Positions 1 to 11,215 are shown, counted from the first letter of the stretch. The stretch is 64,000 bases of DNA from Gammaproteobacteria bacterium (GCA_022824965.1 JAJDYY010000008.1:320284-384283); one strand, 5' to 3'. Notes: generated by a model not told the origin, from the letters alone. Numbers and translations: made by a program.

Positions 1-2
1 CC

Positions 3-347
3 GAAGAGGAGGCCCTGCAGAAAATCTTCGTGCCGGTACACCGGCATGTCCAGCAAAACGAGTGCACCAAGGCCATTCTGGTCGGCCACAATGCCTTCTT
101 CGACCTGGGATTCATCAAGGCCGCGGTGGAGCGCACCGGCATCAAGAACAATCCCTTCCACCCGTTCAGCAACCTCGATACGGTCACGCTGGGCGCACTG
201 GCCTACGGCCAGACCGTGCTGTCAAGGATTGCCGTGGCGGCCGATCTCGACTGGGAAAGCAGTAGTGCGCACTCAGCCGTCTACGATGCCGAAAAGACCG
301 CCGCCATATTCTGCGAGGTGATGAACCGCTGGGAGATGCAGGCCTGA
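3..347 (+). CDS. rnt: Ribonuclease T, C-terminal part (5' end lies outside the window)
   Basis: The translation ([27 protein letters not shown]...[21 protein letters not shown]) matches the conserved C-terminal DEDD exonuclease region of RNase T. The frame is open from the window edge. Confidence 0.85.
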   Translation, partial: EEEALQKIFVPVHRHVQQNECTKAILVGHNAFFDLGFIKAAVERTGIKNNPFHPFSNLDTVTLGALAYGQTVLSRIAVAADLDWESSSAHSAVYDAEKTAAIFCEVMNRWEMQA

Positions 348-375
348 ACGTGGCCCGCCCGCCAGGGCATGCCGT

Positions 376-717
376 CTAGTCGCTGCCGGCGGCCGCACTC
401 ACCATCTTCTGCAACTCGCCCCGTTCGTGCAGGTCCAGGGTAATGTCGCACCCGCCTACCAGCTCGCCCTGGATATAGAGTTGCGGGAAAGTGGGCCAGT
501 CGGCGAACTGCGGCAGGTTTTCGAAGATCTCCGGGTCCATCAGGACATTCACGTAGGCAAACTCGTGACCGCAGGCCTTGAGTGCCTCGGCGGTACGGCT
601 CGAAAAACCGCATTGAGGCATCTGCGGCGTGCCTTTCATGTACAGGATGACAGGATTCGACTCCACCTGTTCCTTGATTCGCTCCAATACTTCCATTGCC
701 ACACTCTCCTGAAACAA
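376..717 (-). CDS. grxD: Monothiol glutaredoxin (Grx4/GrxD family)
   Basis: CGFS active-site motif (PQCGFS), about 110 aa. The layout resembles E. coli GrxD (ILYMKG...CGFS...WPTFPQL...GGCDI). Confidence 0.9.
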   Translation of the reverse strand: MFQESVAMEVLERIKEQVESNPVILYMKGTPQMPQCGFSSRTAEALKACGHEFAYVNVLMDPEIFENLPQFADWPTFPQLYIQGELVGGCDITLDLHERGELQKMVSAAAGSD

Positions 718-751
718 TTCGCTGGTGAACTTCTATTGTACTGCGAGGCGG

Positions 752-2539
752 CTAGCTGGCAAGCGCTGTATCCACATTGCGCTGCAGCCAGAGCTCGAGC
801 AGGGCCAGATGCCACAGCTTGCTGCCCCGAAGCGGGGTCATGTGCTGTTCCGGCTCCCCCAGCAGACGCTCGACATAATCGGACTGAAACAGTCCGCGCT
901 GCCGACAGGCCTGCGAATGCAGCACGGCGCGCATGAATTGCTCGAATTCGCCGCGGATGTACTTCAGGGCAGGCACCGGGAAATAGCCCTTTTCGCGATC
1001 GATCACCTTCGCCGGCAGAAGGTCCCTGGCAATCTGCTTGAGGATGTACTTGCCGCCTTGCGCCAGCTTGAACTTGGCGGGCATCTGCATGGCAAGCTCC
1101 ACCAGCTCATGATCCAGAAACGGCACCCGGGCCTCCAGCCCGTGGGCCATGGTCATGTTGTCGACGCGTTTCACGGGGTCATCGACGACCAGCGTCGTGA
1201 CATCCATGTGCAAAACGGCCTGCACGAACTCCTGTGTGCCGGCCCGTTTCAGCAAGCGCTGTACGGTCTGCGAGGTGAAATCCTCACTGACCAGGTCCGG
1301 GGACAGCGTGTCCTGCATTTCGGTGTGGCTGCGATCGAAATAGTGCCTGGCGAAACTCCCCACCGCGAACGAGGCCTCGGCCTGCATCCTCGGATACCAG
1401 AAGTAGCCGCCGAAGACTTCATCGGCCCCCTGGCCGGACTGGACTACCGTGATGTGCCGGCTGACCTGCTCGCCCAGCAGGTAAAAGGCAATCGCATCCT
1501 GGCCCACCATGGGTTCTGCCATGTGTTCCACGGCCTCGGGCAGGCGCTCCAGCACTTCGCGGTTGCCGATCTGAAACTTGTGGTGGCGTGTGGAGAAGTG
1601 CTCGGCTACCGCATCCGAGTATTCGAACTCGTTGCCCCGCTCCTCGGGCTGGTCTTCGAATCCCACGGAGTAGGTGCGCAGCTCGGAGACTCCGGACTCG
1701 GCCAAAAGCCCCACCAGCAGGCTCGAGTCCAGGCCTCCCGACAGCAGTACGCCCACCGGCACATCGGCCACGTGCAGGCGTTTTTCCACCGCCTCGCACA
1801 ACGCGGTCCGTATGGCCTGCTGCCATTCGCGCTCGCTTCTCTGGCGCCCCGGGGAACCGGCCTGCAGTTGCCAGTAGGATTGTGATTCGGGTGCCCCCTG
1901 GAGCGGAACCCGCAGGGTGTGCCCCGGCGCCAGCTTTTTCAGCCCGCGCAGGATCGTTGCGGGGGCCGGCACCACGCCGTGCAGGCTCAGGTGATGGTGC
2001 AGGCCAACCGCATCGATACCGGTATCCATCCCGCCGCTGCGCAACAGGGCCTGCGAGTTCGAGGCAAAGCGGAAAAAGCCTTTCTCCTGCGTATAGTACA
2101 GAGGCTTGATGCCGAGGCGGTCGCGGGCCAGAAACAGCTCCTTCGCCTGCACGTCCCAGATGGCAAAGGCAAACATTCCGGTCAGCCTTTCGACGCAGGA
2201 CGGCCCCCACTGCGCATACGCCTTGAGGATGACCTCGGTATCTCCCTGGGAACGGAACGTGTGGCCCTGTGCGATCAGCTGCTCGCGCAGTTGCGGATAG
2301 TTGTAAATGGCGCCGTTGAACACGATCGCCCGTTGCGTGTCGGCATCGAACATCGGCTGGTTGGCCTTCGCCGAGAGGTCGATAACGGACAGCCGCCGGT
2401 GACCGAGACCGACCGCCCCGGAAAAATAGCTGCCCTCGTGATCGGGCCCGCGACGGCGCAGGGCCTGCAGCATCGCCTCGATCGTGCCCGGGTCCGGTAC
2501 CGTACCGTCCAGGCGCAACTCGCCGCAGATTCCACACAT
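752..2539 (-). CDS. asnB: Asparagine synthetase, glutamine-hydrolysing
   Basis: N-terminal MCGICG glutamine-amidotransferase class-II nucleophile. 595 aa with an AsnB-like synthetase domain. Confidence 0.88.
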   Translation of the reverse strand: MCGICGELRLDGTVPDPGTIEAMLQALRRRGPDHEGSYFSGAVGLGHRRLSVIDLSAKANQPMFDADTQRAIVFNGAIYNYPQLREQLIAQGHTFRSQGDTEVILKAYAQWGPSCVERLTGMFAFAIWDVQAKELFLARDRLGIKPLYYTQEKGFFRFASNSQALLRSGGMDTGIDAVGLHHHLSLHGVVPAPATILRGLKKLAPGHTLRVPLQGAPESQSYWQLQAGSPGRQRSEREWQQAIRTALCEAVEKRLHVADVPVGVLLSGGLDSSLLVGLLAESGVSELRTYSVGFEDQPEERGNEFEYSDAVAEHFSTRHHKFQIGNREVLERLPEAVEHMAEPMVGQDAIAFYLLGEQVSRHITVVQSGQGADEVFGGYFWYPRMQAEASFAVGSFARHYFDRSHTEMQDTLSPDLVSEDFTSQTVQRLLKRAGTQEFVQAVLHMDVTTLVVDDPVKRVDNMTMAHGLEARVPFLDHELVELAMQMPAKFKLAQGGKYILKQIARDLLPAKVIDREKGYFPVPALKYIRGEFEQFMRAVLHSQACRQRGLFQSDYVERLLGEPEQHMTPLRGSKLWHLALLELWLQRNVDTALAS

Positions 2540-2545
2540 CAGGAT

Positions 2546-4081
2546 TCAGTCGGGAATGCCCCAGCCTCCCCCGCCGGGTGACTCGATGCGAAGGCAGTCC
2601 CCGGCGCGCACCTCGCGCCAGACCTTGCCGGGCATCGGCTCATCGTTCAGGAAATTCGCACCGGGCAAGGCTTCCGTGCCGCCCTGCAGCCCCCAGGGGC
2701 TGCGGGTGCGCCGTTCCGACAGGATCGTCAGCGTCGCAGGCTCAAGGAACTCGAGTTCCCGGACCAGGCCATCCCCGCCCGGCTGGCGGCCCGGACCGCC
2801 CGAGCCCTTGCGGATGGCGTAGCGCCGGATTCGCAGCGGATAGTTGATCTCCAGGACCTCCACCGGGGTGTTTTGCGTATTGGTCATGTGGGTCTGCACG
2901 CCGGACAGGCCAGGGGCATGTTTCGAACCGCCCATGCCTCCGGCAATGGTTTCATAGTATCCCCAGGGCGTGGCACCCGAACTGCCCAGGGCCAGGTTGT
3001 TCATCGTGCCCTGGCTGCAGGCCGGAACGGCATCGGGCAGTGCCTGCCCCAGGGCACCGAGCACCGCATCGACGATGCGCGAGCTGGTCTCCACGTTGCC
3101 GGCCGCGACGGCGGCCGGGCGCCTGGCATTCAACAGGGATCCGACCGGGGCCTTGAGCCTGAACGGGGCGAAGCTGCCGGCACAGGCCGGGGTCTCGTTC
3201 GGCATCAGGCACCGGAACACGTAAAACACGGCGGCCGCCGTCACCGACAGGGGGCAGTTGACGTTGCCCGCAGCCTGTCCGGCCGTTCCGGCGAAGTCGA
3301 CCTCGATACCCTCATCGCCGACGTGCAGCGAAACACAGATGGCCAGGTCGGTGCCGCCCTGCCCGTCGTCATCCATGTAATCCCTGAATGTGTAGTGGCC
3401 GTTTGGAATTTTTGCAATCATGGAGCAGGCAATCTGTCGGCCGTAGTCGTTGAGTTCCTGCAGGGCCTGCGAGAACTGCATCTCGCCGGTTTTCTCGACC
3501 AGTTCCTCAAGGCGCCGGATACCGCGCCGGTTTGCACTGCACTGTGCCGCCATGTCCCCCAGCGTGTCGCGCAGGTTCCTGGCATCCCGGAACAGCTCGG
3601 TGATCGCCTGCTGGTCGATTTCACCACAGCGGCCGATCGCGGTCGGAGGAATCACCACGCCCTCTTGCGAAAGGTCCGTCGACACGGGCATCGAGCCCGG
3701 TGTTTCCGCACCGATGTCCGCGTGGTGTGCCCGATTGGCCACAAACCCCATCAACTGCTCGCCGATGAACACCGGGCAGACCACTGTCACGTCGGGCAGA
3801 TGGGTGCCCCCAAGGTAGGGATCATTCAGGGCGACAAAGTCACCGGGCTCCCAGGTTCTTTGAGTGACAATCTGCTGCATGGCGTAGGCCATGCTGCCCA
3901 GATGCACCGGAATATGTGCGGCCTGGGCACACAGTCCGCCCTGCGCATCGAACACGGCGCAGGAGAAATCGAGGCGGTCGCGGATGTTCGGGGAAAAGGC
4001 CGCAAACCGCAGTTGCGCGCCCATCTCCTCACACACCGCATCGATTCTGCGGGCAAAAATGCTGAGCTCGATCGGGTTCAT
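2546..4081 (-). CDS. Hydantoinase B / 5-oxoprolinase B-subunit family protein
   Basis: 511 aa with a C-terminal GGGGWGIP motif and overall Hydantoinase_B-like sequence. It sits immediately upstream of asnB on the same strand (7 nt gap). No HyuA partner is adjacent. Confidence 0.75.
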   Translation of the reverse strand: MNPIELSIFARRIDAVCEEMGAQLRFAAFSPNIRDRLDFSCAVFDAQGGLCAQAAHIPVHLGSMAYAMQQIVTQRTWEPGDFVALNDPYLGGTHLPDVTVVCPVFIGEQLMGFVANRAHHADIGAETPGSMPVSTDLSQEGVVIPPTAIGRCGEIDQQAITELFRDARNLRDTLGDMAAQCSANRRGIRRLEELVEKTGEMQFSQALQELNDYGRQIACSMIAKIPNGHYTFRDYMDDDGQGGTDLAICVSLHVGDEGIEVDFAGTAGQAAGNVNCPLSVTAAAVFYVFRCLMPNETPACAGSFAPFRLKAPVGSLLNARRPAAVAAGNVETSSRIVDAVLGALGQALPDAVPACSQGTMNNLALGSSGATPWGYYETIAGGMGGSKHAPGLSGVQTHMTNTQNTPVEVLEINYPLRIRRYAIRKGSGGPGRQPGGDGLVRELEFLEPATLTILSERRTRSPWGLQGGTEALPGANFLNDEPMPGKVWREVRAGDCLRIESPGGGGWGIPD

Positions 4082-4196
4082 GCCATACCAATAAATGGTT
4101 AAGTTTAACGGGCGGATTGGTTATAATTACACTGTACAATAAGTCAAAACGACAGTTTCGAACAGTCAGCGGAAAGCTATTGAATAGGAGTATTGC

Positions 4197-4781
4197 ATGA
4201 ACCCCCTGAACTCAATTACAGGCACAATCGTTGCGGGCGTCGTCGTTGCAATCTTGATTGGTCTTGGTTTTGCACCTCCTATTGAGCTGGTGGCATGGTC
4301 CCTGGCCGTGTGGCTGCACGTCCTGGCCGGCATCGTCTGGATCGGTCTGCTGTACTACTTCAATTTCGTACAGGTTCCAGCCATGGGCGAAGCTGCGGCG
4401 GATTCGTCCGGACCGGGTCCGGCAGCGATCGGCAAGTATGTGGCCCCCCGCGCACTCCTCTGGTTTCGCTGGGGTGCCGTCGTCACCTGGCTGACCGGCG
4501 CCTGGGCGCTTGAGTATGTCGGCGGCTTCAACCAGAACTTTTTCGCGACCGAGGGCATCACGGCGATTGGCGTCGGTGCATGGCTGGGCACCATCATGAT
4601 CTTCAATGTCTGGGTGCTGATCTGGCCCAACCAGAAAAAAGTCCTGGGCATGGTGCAGGCCAGCGATGACGAGAAGGCCAAGGCAAAACAGGTGGCCTTC
4701 ATGGCTTCGCGAACCAATACTCTCCTTTCGATCCCCATGCTGGCGTGCATGGTTGCAGCTGGCCATGGTTTCTTTATCTGA
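4197..4781 (+). CDS. Polytopic inner-membrane protein of unknown function (HemJ/CopD-like His-containing helix)
   Basis: 194 aa with about 5-6 hydrophobic helices. The motif HVLAGIVWIGLLYYFNFVQVP resembles the conserved His helix of HemJ/CopD/PuuD-type membrane proteins. A perfect 12-bp stem hairpin lies downstream at 4790..4819. Confidence 0.5.
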   Translation: MNPLNSITGTIVAGVVVAILIGLGFAPPIELVAWSLAVWLHVLAGIVWIGLLYYFNFVQVPAMGEAAADSSGPGPAAIGKYVAPRALLWFRWGAVVTWLTGAWALEYVGGFNQNFFATEGITAIGVGAWLGTIMIFNVWVLIWPNQKKVLGMVQASDDEKAKAKQVAFMASRTNTLLSIPMLACMVAAGHGFFI

Positions 4782-4922
4782 AACAAGGCGAACGGCAGGT
4801 CGCGCCTGACCTGCCGTTCGCGCCTGGCTTTCACTGATCGCCTGACAACCGCGTGAACATGCATCCCGGCGGCCCAAGTGGCTGCCGTTTTTATTTATAT
4901 ATGAAAAACCGTGTGACAGACC

Positions 4923-6137
4923 GTGATGGACAGTAAACATTTGATGAGCACCTATGCGCGCAAGCCGGTCGCGTTTGAACGCGGCGACGGGGTTTGGCTG
5001 TATACCGGCGATGGCGAGGACGAGCGTTACCTCGACGCCCTGTCTGGACTTGCGGTCTGCGGGTTGGGCCATGCCCACCCGGCCGTGACGGCGGCCATTG
5101 CCGAGCAAAGCGCAAAACTCATGCACACTTCCAACATCTACGCCATCCCGTTGCAGGAGATGCTGGCTGCACGGCTTTGCCAGGTGTCGGGACTGGATGC
5201 CGCTTTTTTCTGCAACTCCGGTGCCGAGGCCATCGAGGCCGCGATCAAACTGGCCCGGTTGCATGCCCATGCCGACAACCCGGCGGATGCCCGGATCATC
5301 GTTACCGAAAACAGCTTCCATGGACGTACCCTGGCAGCCCTCACGGCGACTGCAAATCCGGCGTTCCAGTCCGGATTCGAACCCCTGGTGCCCGGTTTTG
5401 TACGGGTGCCCTTTGATGACCTGGACGCCGTACAGGCGGCCCTGGAGGAATATCCGGTGGGCTCGGCCGTACTGGTAGAGCCGATCCAGTGCGAGGGCGG
5501 GATCAACATTCCGGCCCCGGGCTACCTGTCCGGCCTGCGCAGCCTGTGTGACCGCCATGGAGCCCTGCTGATCCTGGATGAGGTACAGACCGGCAGTGCG
5601 CGCACCGGAAAGTGGTTTTGCTACCAGCACGAAGCCGTGCTTCCGGACATCGCGGTCACGGCCAAGGGGCTGGCCAACGGGGTGCCGATCGGGGTCTGCC
5701 TGGCCCGCCGGCACGTGGCCGAGCTGTTCTCGCCCGGTGCCCACGGCTCCACGTTCGGCGGAAATCCGCTGGCCTGTCGGGCTTCGCTTGCGACGCTGGA
5801 CACCATCGAGGACCAGGATTTGTGTGCGCGGGCGGGTGAACTGGGAAACTACCTGCTGGGTGCGCTTCGCACCCGGCTTTCCGGCTGCGGCCTGGTCCGC
5901 GAAATTCGCGGCAAGGGCCTGATCCTCGGGATCGAACTGACGCAGCCCTGCAGGGAACTGGTCGATCTGTGCCTGGAGCACAAGCTGCTGATCAACGTGA
6001 CGGTCGAACACACCATCCGGCTGCTGCCGCCGCTGATCATGGAACAGGACCAGGCCGACCAGATGGTCGAGACCCTGGGCGGGTGCATCGAACGCTTTGC
6101 CGAATCCAAAACACCGGGTAACGGGGAGCCGTCATGA
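4923..6137 (+). CDS. argD: Acetylornithine aminotransferase (class III PLP aminotransferase)
   Basis: [23 protein letters not shown] and TAKGLANG (PLP lysine) motifs. The stop overlaps the argF start by 4 nt. Confidence 0.88.
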   Translation: MMDSKHLMSTYARKPVAFERGDGVWLYTGDGEDERYLDALSGLAVCGLGHAHPAVTAAIAEQSAKLMHTSNIYAIPLQEMLAARLCQVSGLDAAFFCNSGAEAIEAAIKLARLHAHADNPADARIIVTENSFHGRTLAALTATANPAFQSGFEPLVPGFVRVPFDDLDAVQAALEEYPVGSAVLVEPIQCEGGINIPAPGYLSGLRSLCDRHGALLILDEVQTGSARTGKWFCYQHEAVLPDIAVTAKGLANGVPIGVCLARRHVAELFSPGAHGSTFGGNPLACRASLATLDTIEDQDLCARAGELGNYLLGALRTRLSGCGLVREIRGKGLILGIELTQPCRELVDLCLEHKLLINVTVEHTIRLLPPLIMEQDQADQMVETLGGCIERFAESKTPGNGEPS

Positions 6138-7072
6138 GCGCACGGCACTTTCTCAGCCTGCTGGATCTGGCCCCCGAGACACTGGAGGACCTGCTGGTGC
6201 GCGCGGTCGAGCTCAAGCAATGGCTGCGGGCCGGCAAGGCCCACACCCCGCTGGCGCAAAAGACGCTGGCCATGGTCTTTGACAAGTCCTCCACCCGTAC
6301 CCGCGTGTCGTTTGAAACGGGCATGATCCAACTGGGCGGCCAGGCCCTGTTCCTCTCGCCCCGGGATACCCAGTTTGGACGCGGCGAGCCCATCGAGGAC
6401 AGTGCGCGGGTGCTGTCTCGAATGGTGGATGCCGTTTTGATTCGCACCTATGAGCATGCCCACGTCGAGACGTTTGCCGCACACTCCTCGGTGCCCGTCA
6501 TCAACGGGCTCACGGACCGCTTCCACCCGTGTCAGCTGCTCGCCGACATGCAGACCTGGCTGGAGCATCGGGGCAGCATCCGCGGGGCCACGGTCGCCTG
6601 GGTCGGAGATGGCAACAACATGTGCCATTCCTACATCAATGCGGCGCGCCAGTTCGACTTCAAACTGAACATTGCCTGCCCGAAGCAGTACTCTCCGAAG
6701 GCCTCTGTCCTGGAGCCCGCCGGGGAGCGCGTCCGTCTGATGGATGAGGCTGGCGCTGCGGTGGACCGGGCTGACCTGGTCGTCACCGACGTATGGGCCA
6801 GCATGGGCCAGGAACAGGAAGCGGACGAGCGCCTGGACGTGTTCAGGGCCTACCAGGTGAACGAGTCCCTGATGGAACTGGCCAGCGACGATGCGCTGTT
6901 CATGCACTGCCTGCCTGCGCACCGGGGCGAAGAAGTGACCGAAGGGGTGCTGAACGGCCCGCAAAGCGTGGTCTGGGATGAAGCGGAAAATCGCCTCCAC
7001 GCGCAAAAGGCCCTGCTGGAGATGCTGATGGGAGTGAGCCCATCCCCGGGGTCCTCAACGCCTGTTGGCTAG
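6134..7072 (+). CDS. argF: Ornithine carbamoyltransferase
   Basis: STRTR carbamoyl-phosphate motif, HPCQ and HCLP motifs. 312 aa, translationally coupled to argD. Confidence 0.9.
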   Translation: MSARHFLSLLDLAPETLEDLLVRAVELKQWLRAGKAHTPLAQKTLAMVFDKSSTRTRVSFETGMIQLGGQALFLSPRDTQFGRGEPIEDSARVLSRMVDAVLIRTYEHAHVETFAAHSSVPVINGLTDRFHPCQLLADMQTWLEHRGSIRGATVAWVGDGNNMCHSYINAARQFDFKLNIACPKQYSPKASVLEPAGERVRLMDEAGAAVDRADLVVTDVWASMGQEQEADERLDVFRAYQVNESLMELASDDALFMHCLPAHRGEEVTEGVLNGPQSVVWDEAENRLHAQKALLEMLMGVSPSPGSSTPVG

Positions 7073-8044
7073 CACCAGCGAAAAATACTCATCGCCGGGT
7101 TCGAAGTGCATGTGCTCTGCGAGGGCGCTGCCGTCGAGCAGCCGTCGAATGGAGTCCCGGGTGTACTTTCGGCTGATTTCGGTCAGGATCGCCTCACCCG
7201 CCTGTATATTCAGGGTCTCGTTGATCTCCGCCAGGGTGACCTGCTGGGCGTCCCGGGCCACCAGGTACATCTCGATCTGTTCCAGCACCTCCTGGTAGAC
7301 GGCGCGGTGTGAGAAATTCTCAAGCGTGAAATTTCCACCCAGGCGTGTGTTCAGCACCTGCAGCACGTTCAGGTTGAACTGGGCCGTGATGCCCTCGGCA
7401 TCGTCATAGGCCTGCTCAAGGACCTGCCGGTCCTTGACCCGGTCCAGGCCCAGCAACAAGGCATCCCCGGGGTTCATGATCCCGGATAGCCCGGTGAGCA
7501 GCTCCTTCGACTCGGTCTCGGTGAAATTGCCGATCGAGCTGCCGATGAAAACGAACAGCACCGGCCCGTCGAGCCTGGGCAGGGCTTGCAGGGCACTGAG
7601 GTACTCGCCTGCCACGGCCTCAATCTGCAATCCGGGATAGCGGTGCAGCAGGCGTGCGGCGGACTCGATCAGCATCTCCTCGCATACATCGATCGGTGCA
7701 TAGGTGAAGGATCGTGAACCGGCGGTCAGCCTGGAGAGCAGGATTTCAGTCTTCACGGAGGTACCTGCACCCAACTCCACGCAGGCCTGCGGCTGCACGG
7801 CTGCGATGATCTCGTCCGCATGCCGTTCCAGCAGTGCGGACTCGGTGCGTGTCAGGTAGTAGTGCTGGGTCTTGCAGATGGCATCGAACAGCCTTGAGCC
7901 GGCTTCGTCGTAGAAGTACTTGGGTGGCAGGCTGCGCGGTGCGCACAACATGCTGTCCTGAACGTCGTGCTTTAGGGTTTGCAGTGCGTCCTGGCGGGAT
8001 AACGCCCTGATCCGGAAGCGCTCACGGGGCAGGTCCATGTCCAT
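7055..8044 (-). CDS. EgtD-family SAM-dependent methyltransferase (histidine N-alpha-methyltransferase-like, Methyltransf_33)
   Basis: [32 protein letters not shown] matches the EgtD N-terminal signature. The start is chosen at the MDMD ATG at 8044; the ORF track begins upstream at a probable non-start. The 3' end overlaps the argF 3' end by 18 nt (convergent). Confidence 0.7.
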   Translation of the reverse strand: MDMDLPRERFRIRALSRQDALQTLKHDVQDSMLCAPRSLPPKYFYDEAGSRLFDAICKTQHYYLTRTESALLERHADEIIAAVQPQACVELGAGTSVKTEILLSRLTAGSRSFTYAPIDVCEEMLIESAARLLHRYPGLQIEAVAGEYLSALQALPRLDGPVLFVFIGSSIGNFTETESKELLTGLSGIMNPGDALLLGLDRVKDRQVLEQAYDDAEGITAQFNLNVLQVLNTRLGGNFTLENFSHRAVYQEVLEQIEMYLVARDAQQVTLAEINETLNIQAGEAILTEISRKYTRDSIRRLLDGSALAEHMHFEPGDEYFSLVLANRR

Positions 8045-8220
8045 TCGATATACTCTCGATTTCAGAGTAGCATTGCAAGCAGGACTGTCTGACCGGAAGT
8101 GGACAGGCTGTGCCTGCAATGACCGACATGACCGGCCCCCTCGTTCGGTCCGTTCATGAGGAACCCGTACGTTGCCGAGCACAAACAAAACCCAGTGACT
8201 AACGTATAGCAGGGGCAGCC

Positions 8221-9552
8221 ATGGAATTACTACATTCACTTCTGGGGCAGTTGAGCAGCTTCATCTGGGGACCTGTGATGCTGACCCTCCTGCTCGGCGT
8301 CGGGGTCTATCTCACGCTCGGTCTGAAACTGATTCCATGGAGAAAGATCGGGCTTGGCTTCGCGCTGCTTGTGTCCGGCAAGGCAGACAAGGACCAAGGT
8401 GAAATCAGCCCATTCCAGGCCCTGATGACGGCACTTTCGGCCACCATCGGAACGGGCAACATTGCGGGTGTGGCGACCGCCATCTTTCTCGGCGGGCCCG
8501 GTGCCATTTTCTGGATGTGGGTGACGGCCTTGTTCGGTATGGCCACCAAGTACGGCGAGGCCGTACTGGCCGTCAAGTACCGGGAAGTGGATGAGCGGGG
8601 CCGTCGGGTTGGCGGTCCCATGTACTACATCAAGAACGGCCTGGGCGAGAACTGGAAGTGGCTGGGCTTCCTGTTTGCACTGTTTGGCACGATTGCAGCC
8701 TTTGGCATCGGCAACATGGTGCAGTCCAATTCCGTATCCGATGCTCTACAGTCCAACTTCGGGGTGAGCCCGGTCCTGACCGGAATCGTGCTGGCCGTCC
8801 TGGTCGGCCTGGTGATTCTCGGCGGAGTCCAACGCATTGGAGTGGTGGCGGGCAAGCTGGTTCCCATCATGGCCATCGCCTACGTGCTCGGCTCACTGAT
8901 CATCATCTTTGCGAATTTTGGACAGGTTGGCCAGGCCCTGGGGCTGATCTTCACCAGCGCCTTCACCGGCACGGCAGCCACCGGGGGATTTGCCGGGGCG
9001 GCCATGGTCGCGGCCATCCGATTCGGTGTCGCGCGCGGCATCTTCTCGAACGAGGCCGGCCTCGGCAGTGCACCGATCGCGCATGCTGCAGCGCAGACCA
9101 ATGATCCGGTGCGCCAGGGCATGATCGGCATGCTGGGCACGTTCATCGATACCCTGATCGTCTGTACCATGACGGCACTGGTGATTCTGCTGACCGGGGC
9201 CTGGACCAGTGGCGAGACCGGGGCCTCGCTGTCGACACTGGCCTATGGCCAGGGCATCAGCGGCGGAAATTACATCGTCACCTTCGGCCTTGTGGTATTT
9301 GCCTTCACCACCTTGCTCGGCTGGAGCTACTACGGCGAACGCTGTGCCGAATTCATCTTCGGTGTGCGGGTCATCACGCCGTACAGGATCCTGTGGGTGG
9401 TTGCCATCTTGACCGGGGCACTCATCAAGCTGGACCTGGTATGGCTGCTTGCCGACGTCATGAACGGATTCATGGCCATACCCAACCTGATTGCCCTGGC
9501 CCTGCTCAGTCCAGTGATCTTCAGGGTCACCCGGGATTATCTGTACAAATAG
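8221..9552 (+). CDS. Alanine/glycine:cation (sodium) symporter, AGCS family
   Basis: 443 aa polytopic membrane protein with the AGCS-family signature (ALMTALSATIGTGNIAGVATAI, GGPGAIFWMW). Confidence 0.85.
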   Translation: MELLHSLLGQLSSFIWGPVMLTLLLGVGVYLTLGLKLIPWRKIGLGFALLVSGKADKDQGEISPFQALMTALSATIGTGNIAGVATAIFLGGPGAIFWMWVTALFGMATKYGEAVLAVKYREVDERGRRVGGPMYYIKNGLGENWKWLGFLFALFGTIAAFGIGNMVQSNSVSDALQSNFGVSPVLTGIVLAVLVGLVILGGVQRIGVVAGKLVPIMAIAYVLGSLIIIFANFGQVGQALGLIFTSAFTGTAATGGFAGAAMVAAIRFGVARGIFSNEAGLGSAPIAHAAAQTNDPVRQGMIGMLGTFIDTLIVCTMTALVILLTGAWTSGETGASLSTLAYGQGISGGNYIVTFGLVVFAFTTLLGWSYYGERCAEFIFGVRVITPYRILWVVAILTGALIKLDLVWLLADVMNGFMAIPNLIALALLSPVIFRVTRDYLYK

Positions 9553-9574
9553 CCTGCGGTGCAGAGGTCTGGAA

Positions 9575-10423
9575 ATGAATCCTGATGTCCATGATGAGGA
9601 TGCCCTGAAGGCCATCTGGCACAGCGTGCGGGCTGCCCTGAAAGAGGACATTGGCCACGGGGATTTGACCGCGTCGCTGTTCGACACCGGAGAGCAGGCT
9701 CGGGCCGTGGTGATCTGTCGCGAGGAGGCAGTCCTGTGCGGCCAGCACTGGTTCAACGAAACCCTGCACCAGCTGGATACCGACCTGCGTGTCGACTGGA
9801 AAAAGCAGGACGGTGATCTCATCGAAAAAGATGCCACCGTCTGTACGATGGCAGGGACGGCACAGGCCATTCTCAGCGGGGAGCGCACCGCCTTGAACTT
9901 CCTGGCGACCCTGTCAGCCACGGCCAGCTGCACCCGGCAATACGTGGAGCGCATCTCGGGGACCTCCGCACAAATCCTGGACACCCGCAAGACCCTGCCG
10001 GGGATGCGCTATGCACAGAAGTATGCCGTGCAATGCGGAGGTGGACTGAATCACCGGATGGGACTGTACGACGCCATCCTCATCAAGGAGAATCACATCG
10101 CGACTGCGGGCTCGATTCACCAGGCGGCGGACTTGGCCAAACAGCATTTCCCGGCGCTGAAGATTGAAATCGAGGTGGAGAGCTGCGAGCAGCTCGAAGA
10201 GGCCCTGGAAACCGCAGCCGATACGATCTTGCTGGACAACTTTTCCCTGTCCGAATTGCAGGCAGCCGTCGCCCTGAACGAGGACCGCAAAAAACTGGAA
10301 GCTTCCGGAAGCATCAACCTGGACAATGTCCGCGAGGTGGCGAAAACCGGGGTGCACTACATTTCCGTCGGCGCTCTCACCAAGAACGTCCAGGCGGTGG
10401 ACTTCTCCATGCGCTTCGAGTGA
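9575..10423 (+). CDS. nadC: Nicotinate-nucleotide pyrophosphorylase (quinolinate phosphoribosyltransferase)
   Basis: 282 aa QPRTase-like (LDTRKTLPGMR, ILIKENH, ILLDNFS). Confidence 0.88.
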   Translation: MNPDVHDEDALKAIWHSVRAALKEDIGHGDLTASLFDTGEQARAVVICREEAVLCGQHWFNETLHQLDTDLRVDWKKQDGDLIEKDATVCTMAGTAQAILSGERTALNFLATLSATASCTRQYVERISGTSAQILDTRKTLPGMRYAQKYAVQCGGGLNHRMGLYDAILIKENHIATAGSIHQAADLAKQHFPALKIEIEVESCEQLEEALETAADTILLDNFSLSELQAAVALNEDRKKLEASGSINLDNVREVAKTGVHYISVGALTKNVQAVDFSMRFE

Positions 10424-10441
10424 TGTCGCGAGACTGCGAGG

Positions 10442-11215
10442 CTACGCGAGCTTGGCAGCCTGCCAGGCCTGTTCCATTTCTTCCATGGAACAGTCGGCCA
10501 GACGTTTCCCCTGCTGCGCCATCTGCCGCTCCACTTCGCGAAAACGGCTCAGGAATTTTTCATTGCTCTTGCGCAGTGCCTCTTCTGCACTGATATCCAG
10601 GTGCCGACCCAGATTCACTGCGGAAAACAGCAGGTCTCCCAGTTCTTCCACCAGGCGGTCTTGTGCATCCTCCGCGGCCAATGCCTCACCGAGTTCGTCG
10701 AGTTCCTCGGTGATTTTCGCGAGCACCGGGCGGGTCTCCTGCCAGTCGAAGCCGACCGAGGCCGCGCGTTCCTGAACCTTCCAGGCGCGCAACAGTTGCG
10801 GCAACGCCTCCGGAATATCGTCCAGCAAGCTGCCTGATCCCTGTTTTGCCTTGCGCTCGGCCGCCTTGATGTCGTCCCAGGTGGCCATGTCCGGCGCAGT
10901 TTCCTCCTCAAAGATTTTCGGGTGACGGCGAACCAGCTTGTCACTGATACTTCGCGCCACGTCATCAATATCAAACAGGTCCTGCTCTCTTGCCATCTGC
11001 GCATAGAAGACGATTTGCAGCAGCAAATCCCCCAACTCCTCCCTGAGTAGGGAGAAATCCTGCTTGTCGACGGCCGCTGCCACCTCGTAAACCTCCTCTA
11101 TGGTGTAGGGCACCAGCGAGGCGAAGGTCTGGCGGTTGTCCCAGGGGCAGCCATCTTCCGGGTCGCGCAGCAGCTGCATGAGGTTGATCAGTCGGTACAG
11201 GTTATCCATCGCCAA
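10442..11215 (-). CDS. mazG: Nucleoside triphosphate pyrophosphohydrolase MazG
   Basis: Tandem MazG domains (CPWDNRQTFASL...EEVYEV, then a second EELGDLLF repeat). Confidence 0.88.
   Translation of the reverse strand: MAMDNLYRLINLMQLLRDPEDGCPWDNRQTFASLVPYTIEEVYEVAAAVDKQDFSLLREELGDLLLQIVFYAQMAREQDLFDIDDVARSISDKLVRRHPKIFEEETAPDMATWDDIKAAERKAKQGSGSLLDDIPEALPQLLRAWKVQERAASVGFDWQETRPVLAKITEELDELGEALAAEDAQDRLVEELGDLLFSAVNLGRHLDISAEEALRKSNEKFLSRFREVERQMAQQGKRLADCSMEEMEQAWQAAKLA

Noticed and set aside
725-1885. 386-aa plus-strand ORF, and the 372-aa ORF 1419..2537 on the minus strand
   Set aside because: They are antisense to or out of frame with asnB, show proline/arginine-rich composition and have no motifs.
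2873-4102. 409-aa ORF on the plus strand
   Set aside because: It is entirely antisense to the well-supported hyuB gene and has an Arg/Gly/Ala-rich low-complexity composition typical of high-GC antisense frames.
5849-7006. 385-aa minus-strand ORF
   Set aside because: It is antisense to the argD/argF genes, whose identity is supported by multiple catalytic motifs.
8893-9990. 365-aa minus-strand ORF
   Set aside because: It is antisense to the AGCS symporter gene and the nadC 5' end, with low-complexity composition.
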